A stretch of DNA of 64,000 bases, from the NCBI RefSeq assembly GCF_964213995.1, contig NC_135801.1, positions 11,222,001 to 11,286,000 of the forward strand, written 5' to 3'. Below the pieces are notes generated by a model that worked only from the letters and a program-made list of their open reading frames with translations, was not told the origin of the DNA and made no database searches. The DNA is from Mustelus asterias (lineage: Eukaryota). Both the position numbers and the translations under genes were made by a program. Positions within the stretch are counted from its first letter, which is position 1. Each line of letters opens with the position of its first letter. This document shows positions 28,201 through 40,200 of this stretch, one piece after another.

Positions 28201-31200
28201 GCATTTTGTCCTGAAGCTTGTCCTTCTTTGTCCCTGGTTTTAGTCAGTAAATGGGAACAATGAAAATCAGTTTCTCCCTTGCGTTGTCCACGCGAAACAG
28301 CTGGCTTCTGTAAAATTGGTTACCTGCTTGAATTTGTGAATGGAGCTGTCATGAATGTTGTGCTTTCTTGTCCCACAGCCTGATGCACTGAAAGAGAAGA
28401 AGGCTCCAGTGATGTTTTGCTGCTATCCGTTTATCCTTAATCTAGTTGCCAAGATTCAGATACTTCACGTGGATTCATTTTTGAAGAAAAATGTAAAGAA
28501 TTTTATAAATATAGGACAAAAGCAACAGTTATGTGATTGTAAACCACTCTGCTCCTTTCTCCCTCTTTAAATGTTCCTTAAAATCCACCTCAGCTTTTGA
28601 TCACCTCTCTTAATATCCCTTTATGTGACTTTTTGCCAGAGTTTGTCTAGCGTGTTCCTGTGGCATTTTGACAGGTGCATCTTAAGTACAAGATTCTGTT
28701 GTTTCAAACTCCCTTTCTTTGCTCCCTTCGTCTCACTGATCTCCTTAAATGCTGCACCCCTCTCCAGCTGAAAGGGTTAACACATTATCTGTGGATAGCC
28801 ATGAGTGGCCCTTAGCCCCGCCACTGAAATGTGCAGCAATGATTTATCTCCTAGGCACGGCTGTGAGCAGTCTGGAAGTAAAATCGGTCGAAAGATTTTC
28901 TTCTCGCATTTCTCCGTAGCTTGCTGGGCTGTGACATGCACCGGATGCAGTGCAGCCCCCGGTGCATTTAGACTCTGGTGAAACCATGCGATGGGCTGCA
29001 TCTGGAGCACAGAGGGTTGTGGATTTTACACAGAATGTCCAGCTCAGAAGCAGCCCAACAGGTTCATGCAGGTTCTAATGCTCCACGTGAGCCTCCACCC
29101 ACATAGGAACATACAAATGAGGAGTAGGCCATTCGGCCCCTCAAGCCTGCTCCACCATTTGATGAGATCATGATCTAATTGTGTCCTCAATTCCTGCCTG
29201 TTCTCCAAGACACTTTGACTCCTCTGTTGGTCCAGAATGTATTTACCTCAGCCTTAAAAGTATTCAATGTCTACTTCCACTGGGGAAGAGTGTTCCACAG
29301 ACGCAGGGCCCTCTGAGAGAAAAAAATTCTCCTCATCTCTGTCTTAAATGGGAGACCCATTGTTCTTAAACAGTGTTCCCTAATCCTAGTCTCTGTCATG
29401 AGAGGAAACGTCCTGTCAAGTCCCCTCAGGATGTTATCTTTTGGAGAAGATCACCTCTCATTCTTCTAAACTCCAATGGATATAGGCCAACTTTTCCTCA
29501 TAAGACAAATCTCCACACACGTATCTTTCCATTCCTTTCTCCCTCATATTTATCCAGCTTTCCCTTCAATGCATCTTTGCTATTTACAACAACTGCTGCA
29601 TGCGGAAACAGATTCACATTGGCATCACTCTCTGATAAAGAAGTTTCTCCTGAATTATCCATATTCAGTCTATTGGTGATGCTTTTATCTTTATGGCCTT
29701 TAGTTCTGGACTCCTCCACAAGGGATCAGGCTATTGAATTTCATAGAATCCCGACAGTGCAGAGGGAGGACATTCGGCCCATCGAATCTGCACCGACCAC
29801 AATCCCACCCAGGCCCTATTCCCATAATCCCACATGTTTACCCTGCCAATCCCCTGACACCAGGGTCAATTTAGCATGGCCAATCCACCAAACCCACCCA
29901 TCTTCGGACTGTGGGAGGACACCGGAGCGCCCGGAGGAAACCCACGCAGTCACAGGGAGAACGTGCAAACTCCACACAGACAGTGACCCGAGGCCGGAAT
30001 TGAAGTTCCTTGGCGCTGTGAGGCAGCAGTGCTAACCACAGTGCCACCGTGCTGGTGATGATTAACCATGATCAAAATGAATGGCAGAGCAGGCTCGAAG
30101 GGCCGAAAGGCCTACTCCTGCTTCTATCTTCTATGTTTCTATGGAGGTATCTTCACCCCTCAAATGGTTTAGGATTATTGTTGAAGTTGTCAGTTTATCA
30201 TAGAATCTTAGCAGTGTTTAGATCCTAGTTTTGTTAATATTTTCTTTAACAAGATGCTAATGTGCAGTATCTTTGCTCTTTTTCTAATTTTTATTCTTCA
30301 GAAAGCCTTCATTGAAGCAGTGAATTTCACACAGCTCAACGTCTGCATGGGAAACCCTGAACCTCCCAAATATCCTACATTCAACTTGAAGGTTAATCGC
30401 CAAGACTTGGTTTCCGATACTTTTAAAAAGTTGAAAAATGTGGATGAAGTTGACCTGAAGAAGGAACTTACGGTAAACAGAAATTCTCTTCATCACTCTA
30501 TTATTATGAATGGAATCAGCTCTTTGAGGTACGGTAGTGCAGTGGTTATGTTATTTGAATCATAATCCCTAAGAATGTTAGTTCGAATCCTACCATGGCA
30601 GTTTGAGAGATGCAATTGTTCAAAACATCTAAAAACAGGTAGCAGTAAAAAGTGACCTTGAGGCTGTTGGATTATAAAAACTCAACTGGTTCAAATACGT
30701 CCTTTAAGGAAGAAAATGTGCTGTCCTTTGCCAATGTGGCCTAATTGTGTCTCCAACATCAACATGAATCCTGCGGTGAGTAACACACCTCCTAACTCCC
30801 CAAAGTCTGTCCACCATCTACAAGGCACAAGTCAGGAGTGTGATGGAATACTCTCCACTTGCCTGGATGAGTGCAGCTCCAACAACGCTCAAGAAACCCA
30901 ATACCATCCAGGACAAAGCAGCTCACTCAATTGCTACCCCTGCCACAAACATTCACTCCCTCCACCACCGATAAACAGTGACAGCTGTGTGTACCATCTA
31001 CAAGATGCACTACAGGAACTCACCAAGGTTCCTTAGGCAGCACCTTCTAAAGCCATGACCTCTACCATCTAGAAGGACAAGAGCAGCAGATACCTGGGAA
31101 CATCACCACCAGGAGGTTCCCCTCCAAGTCACTCACCATTCTGACTTGGAAGTATATAGCCGTTCTTCACTGTCGCTGGGTCAAAATCCTGAAGCTCACT

Positions 31201-34200
31201 TCCTTAACAGCACTGTGAGTGTACCTACACCGCATGGACTGCAGGGGTTCAAAGGGGAGCTCACCACCACCTTGTCAAGGACAGTAAGAATGGGAAATGA
31301 ATGCTGGCCTAGCCAGCAATGCTCACATCCCTTGAAATGTATACATTTATAGATATAAAAAGATTCGCTATTAACTGATCACTCAGTGGTTTGAAAAGAC
31401 AATGCCAATGATTTCAGAAAGCAAGTGTGCAACAGTGTTTCTGCACTAATATTTGCATTTGCTTTGATTTCTTTAGGTGAAATTTGATGGCGAGCCAGGA
31501 ATGGACTTCGGAGCTGTAAGACAGGAGTTTTTCCTTTCTGTCTTCAAAGAATTGATTCGACCAGAATCCAAAATGTTTATTTATCGTCAGGATTTCAGAA
31601 ACATTTGGTTTCCCTCCAAGGTGAGCCCTTGTAACGTAACTTGCTTAAGAAAACAGTTTGTCGGTGGATGGAGATGGTACATGGAGGCACAGTGGTTTGC
31701 ACTGCTGCCTCACTGCGCCAGGGACCCGGGTTTGATTCCTGGCTTGGGTCACTGTCCGTGCGGAGTCTGCACGTTCTCCCCGCGTCTGCGTGGGTTTCCT
31801 CCGGGTGCTCCGGTTTCCTCCCACACTCCAAAGATGTGCGGTTTAGGTGGATTGGCAGTGCTAAATTCTCCCTCAGTGTACCCAAATAGGCGCCAGATTG
31901 TGGCGACCAAGGGATTTTCACAGTAACTTCACTTCAGTGTTGAGGTAAGCCTACTTGTGACTAATAAATTAACTTTAACTTTTTACTTTCATACTCCAGA
32001 TCTTGTAAAGTGATCTGAAAATATGATGTGGCTCCAAAGTTCCAATCACCCTCTAAACTGCAAAGGTTTCTCATTAAAAGTGTTCAGTTCGGAATATGTA
32101 AGCCTTTACTTAGTTATCAGATGATGTGGAGATGCTGGCGTTGGACTGGGGTGGCATCGTAAGAAGTCTCATATCACTAGGTTAAAGTCCAACAGGTTTA
32201 TTTGGAATCACGAACTTTCGGAGCGTCGCTCCACTGCTCCACTCACCTGATGAAAGAGCAGCGCTCCGAAAGCTTGTGATTCCAAATAAATCTGTTGGAC
32301 TTTAACCTGGTGTTGTGAGACTTCTTACTGTTACCTATCAGAGCTCAATCTTGTGACCGTAAAGAGACACAACTCTACCTTAGGAGAAGAATAATGCATC
32401 ATGCATTGTTTGGGCCTTATATCTTAGCGTATATCCACAAGAACTAGGAGCAGAAGTAGGCCATTCAGCCCCTCAAGCCTACTCCACCATTCGGTAAGTT
32501 TATGTCTTCCCTGACTGTGGCCTCAACTTCACTTTCCTGTCTAACCCCCCATAATTCTGACTCCCTTTTCAAACAAGAAACTATCCAACTGAGCCCTGAA
32601 TATATTCAATAACCCAGCCTCCCCTGCTATCTGGGGAAGAGAAGTTCCACAGACTAGAACACTCTGAGAGGAAAAAACTCTCCTCATCTCAGACTTCAGT
32701 GGGAGGCCCCTAATTTTTAAACTGTGTCCCCTACTTCGAGAATTTCCCACAAAGGAAAACAGCCTCTCGGCACCCACCCCTCAGAATTTTATCTACTTTA
32801 ATGAGATCACTTCTCCTTCCTCTAAATTGCAATCAGCCTGTTAAACCTTTCCTCATAAGACAACCCTGCCTCATTCCGGGATGAGGGGTGGTGGGGATCC
32901 CAACCATTCTCTGCTAATGCGATTATATCCTTTCTTAACTGCACCCAGTACTCCAGAGGTGATCTCACAACTGCAGGGGAGGCTGGGTCATTGAATATAT
33001 TCAGGGCTCAGTTGGATAGTTTCTTGATTGAAAAGGGAGTCAGGATTATCGGGGGGGGTCGGGGGCGGAGACAGGAAAGTGAAGTTGAGGCCACAATCAG
33101 GGAAGACATAAACTTACCGAATGGCGGCGTAGGCTTGAGGGGCTGAATGGCCTACTTCTGCTCCTAGTTCTTGTGGATATACGCTAAGATATAAGGCCCA
33201 TACAATGCATGATGCATTCTTTTTCTCCTAAGGTAGAGTTGTGTCTCTTTACGGTCACAAGATTGAACTCTGATAAGTAACAGTAAGAAGTTTCACAATA
33301 CCAGGTTAAAGTCCAACAGGTTTGTTTGGAATCACGAGCTTTCGTAGCGCTGCTCCTTCATCAGGTGAGTGGGGCAGCGGAGCGGCACACCGAAAGCTCG
33401 CAATTCCAAATAAACCTGTTGGACTTTAACCTGGTGTTATGAGACTTCTTACAACTGCAGCATACTTTCCCTACCTTATGCCCCACTCTACTTTAAAGTT
33501 TATTTACTAGCGTCACAGGTAAGCTTGCAATGAAGTTACTGTGAAAATCCCCTAGTCGCCACACTCTGGCACCTGTTCAGGTACACTGAGGGAGAATTTA
33601 GCATGGCCAACGCAGCTAGCCAGCACGTCTTTTGGAATGTGGGAGAAAGCTGGAGCACCCGGAGGAAACACAGGCAGACAGAGGGAGAGATGCAAACCCC
33701 GCACGGACAATGACCCAAGCCGAGAATCGAACCCAGGTCCCTGGCACTGTGAGACAGCAGTGCTCACCACTATGCCACCGTGCCGCCCCATTTACTTGTA
33801 GCAAATTTGAAGGTGATTTGTTATGGCTTCAACAAGGAACAGATTATTAATATAATGTATATACAGGAAAAGGATCTGGTAGAACTAATACACAAGTCTA
33901 CTCTTTTCTCCTCCCTGGCTCCAACTGAGGTTCCTCCCCGTCCCAGGACACGTGCCCTTGTTCCCAATTGGATTGGCTTCCGGCGCAGCCTCTTCATAGG
34001 GTCCAACTCGATCACGTGGCCCTCAAAGGACCTAAAGGTGCAACATTACCACACTACTTGTAATAATTGCCAGCATTTTGTTTGCCTAACTAGTCATTTG
34101 GTGTCGCTGTGTACTAACTAACTTCTTGTGGTTCATGTACCAGGACACCCAGATCTTTCTGTACCGTAGATTTCTGTAGTCTCTCTCCATTTAAATAACA

Positions 34201-37200
34201 TACCGTTTTTCTATTCTTCCTGCTAAAGTGGACACGTTCACATTTTCCCACATTGTACTCCATCTGCCAAATCTTTGCCCATACATCTGTCATCAGCAAA
34301 TGTAGTTACACTTGGTCCCTTCATTCAGGTCATTGATGTTGCTTGTAAATAGTTGAAGCTTCAGCACTGAACCCTGTGGCACTCCATTAGTTCCAGTTTA
34401 CCAAACCAAAAAAAAAAAATGGATTCTAGTATTGTCCCTATGACATATGTTAGGCCCACTGGCCTATAGTTCCTTGCTCTCCGTCTCCCTCCTTTCTTGA
34501 ATAGTGATGTTACATTTGCAATTTTCCAATCCGCTGGAACCTTTCCTGATCCTCGGGGATTTTGGAAGATCGGAACTATTGGATCTTCCTGCCGGGATTT
34601 TACGACCTCGCTCAGGTGAGGCTCATAAATTCCCACCCGAGGCCAACAGAGAATTCCGTTCTGTGAGCCTCGCCTGCCCCAGAATCGGGGCTGTAACATT
34701 CCGGCCACTATCTCTGCAGCCAGTTCTTTTAAGACATTCAGGTGTAAGGCCACCAAGTGAGGGGACAAATGCAAGAAATGGCAAGGTTTCCAGTAGGGAA
34801 CGCACCTACCACATCCCAGAAAAAGTAATATCCATCAATTTTCATCGTGGAACAACAGAGACATATATAAGCAATTATCCAGCAAAGATCTACCATCAAG
34901 AAAGGAGATGAATCAGTAAATTAAGGTTGCCACATTACAGGAAGAATGTGGAGGCTTTGGAGAGGGTGCAGAATAGGTTTACCAGGATGCTGCCTGGATT
35001 AGAGGATGTGACCTATAAGGAGGGGCTGGACAAACTCGGGTTGTTTTCTCTGGAGCGGCGGGGGCTGCGAGGAGACCTGATAGAAGTCTATAAAATTATG
35101 AGAGGTATAGATAGGGTTGACAGTCGGAATCTTTCACCCAGAGTTGAAATGTATAATACTAGAGGGCATGCACTTAAGGTGAGAAGGGAATGTTCAAAGG
35201 AGTTGTGAGGAGCAGGTTTTTTACACAGAGAGTGGTAGGTGTCTGGAACTGCCAGGGGTGATGGTGAAGGCAGATATGATGGGGGCGTTTAAGGAGCTTT
35301 TAGATAAGCACATGAATATGCAAGGTATAGAGGGATATGGACCAAGGGCAGGCAGAAGGGATTAGTTTAAATTGGCGTCATGTTCAGCACAACATCGTGG
35401 GCCGAAGGGCCTGGTCCTGTGCTGTGCTGCTCTATGTTCGGTTTTTTATGGTTGAAACTCCTTTCCACTGCTATCTTGGATTTGCATGAATCTAAGCAAC
35501 TGAATATCGGGTTTGCAATTGAACAACCGTGTAAAATTATTAACTGTACAGGAAAATGATCAAACTTATCAATATAGTAGCATTTAGTATGTTTGATATG
35601 TGTGAACCACCATTTTCATTGGCAGGTCAGTATCTCTTTCAGATGTCCAGGGTTTGAGAATTCCAATAATTTCTATCTTTAGCAATTAACAGTTTTGTTA
35701 TATTCTGTTGTCTTCCACACTCTAGATCTCAGTGCCTCTTGAGAACTACTTCCTGCTTGGAATATTGTGTGGTCTTGTTGCGTATAATTCCAGTGTCATC
35801 TACATCCCCTTCCCACTTGCGCTCTTCAAGAAGCTACTGGGTGAGAAGCCCACTTTGGAGGATCTGAAGGGTCTGGATCCTGAGTTGGAGATGTAAGTTC
35901 CTAAGTCTGCAGACGGGTTGTTCACAGAAAGGTTTTAAGCTGTTGCTGTTCATATGTTTGTTTAATGACATATCTGCGTGGGTACAGCATCAGACACAAT
36001 GTGGGAAGAGGGAAGAATAGACAACCGGAACAGCAGGAAGATCAGGTCACAAGATGAAATGACAGTGCCATCGCTTTATTACAGGTACAGATCCTAGATT
36101 AGCTGCAAAGCATTTGATTCTGAGGACTATGTCCAAATACAACAGGGTGAGAGCTAAGCTTTTTTTCTAACGTAGAGCTCTCTACTGTGATGGTACCATC
36201 CCTTTAAGAAATGTATTTACATCATGTTTCTTGTGAGGGGTATGTTTAAAGTTCAGTTCTGGTTTTCCTGGTGCCGATCTGTCTGCAATCCAGGCATCAC
36301 CCTGCTGAGGATGCAGGAGAATAATTGATTCTAGATAATGGGGTGTTCGTTTTAATCTGAGGGAGTGCATTTTTTTGTTTATTTTTCCCCTGGGGTTTCA
36401 GAGTAAGGTTTAATTAGGTCGATTGACAAAACACAGGGTCGTGTGAATGGACGGAGCTAAGCTTACAGGGAAAACAGTTTAGTTTCTGCTTGATCCTGAA
36501 AACAGCAAGAGGTGTTTTTCTCTCTCTCTCTGGAGGCTGCTGTTTGAGTGTCAAAAGACAGGTATCTCTGTCTCTCTATCTCCAGAAGTGTTCAAAGGTT
36601 TGAGGACTGGCAGCCCACATTCCAGCACATATGCCTGTGTTGTTTGCTAACTGATGTTGAAGAGGAGCTTAAGTCTATGAGGAGTATTGCTTAACTTGGA
36701 ACTTATTGTGATTGTTAGCCACTAAGAATTGTATCTCGCCTCCTTTAAGTATTTCAACTGATAAAAGTTAAGCTAATTAAGTTGTTATATTTAAGCTGTA
36801 TTGTTAAAATAAAGTTTGTTTTGATTAAAAAAAACGTTCTCGTGGGTCAACAAAATCACACCTGGGGTGAAACACCTTATTCTCACAGTAATGCCAAAAT
36901 CAAAAATAGTTGGAATCTATTCTAACTTCAGAATACACCTTGGGGTTTCTGATCTAGTCCCTCACACTACCTTCACCTGTATAAACATTGCAGTTATTGA
37001 AATTGATTTTTGCTGAAAGGCTATCATTTTTGTATTCTTTCCTGAGATGCGAACACCACTGAGGCCAACATTTGTTGCCCATTTCTAATCGCCCTTGAAA
37101 AGGTGCAGGTCATCTGGTGTGGGTACACCCACAGTGCTGTTCGGAAAGGAGTTCCAAGATTTTGACCCAGTGACAGTGATGGAACGGTGTTACACTTACA

Positions 37201-40200
37201 AGTCAGGATGATGTATGACTCAGAGGGGAACTTGTAGGTGGTGGTGTTTCCCATGTGTCTGCTGCCCCTGTCCCTCTAGGTGGTAGAAATTGTGAGTTCA
37301 GAAGATGCTGACAAATGATTGGTGATTTGCTGCAGAGTATCTTGCACATTGTGCCCTGGTGATGGGGGAAGTGGTGTTTCGGATGGTGGATGAGGTGGCC
37401 CAATGCAGATCAAGTGAACTGCTTTGTTCTGGCTGGCATCAAGCTTCTTGATTGTCATTGGAGCTATACTCAACTAGGAAAGTGGAGAGTATTCCATTAC
37501 ACTTCTGTGCATTGAGGATGGTGGATTGGGAGGACAGGAATGAGTTATTCCCCTCAGAATTCCCAGCGACTGACCTGCTCTTGGTAGCCACAGTATATAT
37601 GTAGCTGATCCAGTTCAGTTTCTGGTCAATAATAATGTCCATGATGTTGATAATAAAGGAATTCAGCAACGGTAATGCTATTGAATGTCAAGGGTAAATG
37701 GTAAGATTCTCTCTTGTTGGAGGTGGTCATCACGTGTGTGGCACGAATATTACTTGTCACTTATCAGTACATGTCTGAATGTTGTCCAAATTGTGTTGAA
37801 TATGGACATGGACTGCTTCAGTATCTGAGGAGTTGTGAATGGTATTAAATATTGTGCAATCATCAGTGACCTTGTGATGGAGAGAAGGTCAGTGATGAAG
37901 TAGCTGAAGATAGATGGGCCTAGGACACTGACCCTGAGGAACTCCTGCAGTGATGGCCTGGGACTGAGATGATTGCCCTCCAACAACTACAGCCATCTTG
38001 CTTTGTGCCAGGTATGACTCCAACCAGTGGAGAGATTTCTCCTGATTCCCATTGACTCCAGTTTTGCGAGGACCCCTTGATGCCATACTCGGTCGAATGC
38101 TGCCTAGATGACAAGGGCAGTCACTCTCACCTCACCTCACCTCAAATTCATTGATTCAAACAACAGGTGGAGTGGGCAGTTAATAAAGCACACAGTATTC
38201 TGGGTTTTATTAATAGGGACATCGAGTACAAGAGCAAGGAGGTTATACTGAACTTATACAAGACACTAGTTAAACCACAGCTGGGGTATTGTGTACAGTT
38301 ATGGGCGCCACACCATAGGAAGGATATGAAAGCATTGGAGAGAGTGCAGAAGAGGTTTACAAGAATGGTTGCAGGGATGAGAAACTTCAATTATGAGGAT
38401 AGATTGGAGAGGTTGGGACGGTCCTCATAGAATCCCTACAGTACAGAAGGAGGCCATTCAGCCCATTGAGTCAGTACCCATCACAATCCCACCCAGGCCC
38501 TATTCCTGTACCCCACGCATTTACCCCGCTAATCCCCTTGACACTGGGGTCAATTTAGCATGGCCAATCAACCTAACCCACTGAGGCCAACATTTGTGGC
38601 CCATCTCTAATTGCCTTTGAGAAGGCGCAGGCATTTTAAATCTGTGCCCCCTTGTTCTTGATCCTTTTACGACAGGAACAGTTTCTCTCTATCGACTCTA
38701 TCCAACCCCGTCATGATTTTGAACATCTCTATCAAATCATCTCTTAACCATCTTCTCTCCAAGGAGAAGGATGGCACGGTGGCACGGTAGTTAGCACTGA
38801 TGCCTCACAGCACCAGGGACCCAAGTTCAATTCCGGCCTCGCGTGACCGTCTGTGTGCTGTTTGCACGTTCTCCCTGCGTCTGTGTGGGTTTCCTCCGGG
38901 TGCTCCAAAGGTGTGCAGGTTAGGTGGATTGGCCATGCTAAATTGCCCCATTAGTGTCAGAGGATTAGCAGGGTAAATACGTGGGGTTACGTGGATAGGG
39001 CCTGGGTGGGATTGTGGTCGGTGCAGACTCAATGGGCCAGATGGCCGCCTTCTGCACTGTAGGGATTCTGTGAAGTAACCCATTTCTGTCAAACTATGCC
39101 TGCTCCATTTTAAACTCTGACGGTGGTTTTAGGGGCTCCACTCTAGTTTGCGATATACTTTGTGAATTTATTCAGATGTCTTCCTTGTATTCCAGATCCC
39201 TGCAATCTATTTTGGACACTGAGGAGATCCAAGATCTGGATATGGACTTTTTTGTGAGTGGAAAACAATTCTTTAAGCCAGTTCACATTGGAAGAGCTCC
39301 ATACAGCTGACACACAAATCAGAAAATTGTATTTTTGAATTATGTGATTTGTATCAGCAAAAGGAGCATTTTAAAAAAAAAATCCATTTTGCAGTCTCGC
39401 CAATGTAAATAAATACTTGTACTTGTATAATGCTTTGCATGTCAGAAGAACTCACATCTTTACAGTAAAGTCCTTTTTTAAGTTGCTCCTGGGTCACAGA
39501 ATCATAGGGTAGAATTTTATGTCCTCGGCACCCAGCCCGAAAGTCTATTAAATAGTGCGCAATGATGTCATGTGCGGATCCCATCACACTGTACAATATT
39601 TTACAATGCGGGCACAGGCATGGATCTCCCCGCACATCCCGCTGTACGTCCAGCATTTACCGCCTTGTGGACAACTCCAGAGACTCATCATCTCCCTCAG
39701 ACTCAGCATGACCCTCGCCCCCAGCTGTCCTCCTCTGATCGAGTGCTGGCGATCTGGACACTCCTTACCTCTGCCATGTGTCCATGCGAGCCCGAAGTAC
39801 CCTCACTGCTGTGTTCTAGCAAAGCTCCTGACATGGTCCCAGCCACTGACTTGAATGTATCTGCACTGGTGCTGGGTGCTAAAAACTGGTGTGCCACGCA
39901 TGCATCCCTGATGTCTCGAGGGTCAAGGAAGGGGGTCAACATCTACATGCTGGCTGGTTCTGAGGGACGGTTCCTGTGAGGGATGGAAACAAAATCTCAG
40001 CACGTATGGCAGCATCAGTGGAGAGAGAAACGGAGTGAATGTTTCGAGTCCGTATGATCATGTATGAGTTCCTCCAACAATTTTTATTTTTATTCCAGAT
40101 CATAACTCTCTGTGCAGTTTTTCATTCCTCATGTCTCCCTTACTTATTTTGCCAATGACCTTAAATTTGTGTCTCCGTGGTTACCAACCCTACTGCCACT

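Larger units (their letters stand above)
32159..33452. repeat. Long inverted duplication (arms 32159-32627 and 32973-33452)
   Basis: The right arm is the reverse complement of the left, including apparently non-TE sequence. Confidence 0.9.

Noticed and set aside
32159-33452. Inverted duplication as an assembly artefact
   Set aside because: The arms carry multiple substitutions and indels and have structured junctions, which argues for a real, older event.
39505-39990. GC-richer block with overlapping ORFs
   Set aside because: Probably a decayed DNA-transposon fragment; the family cannot be supported by eye.
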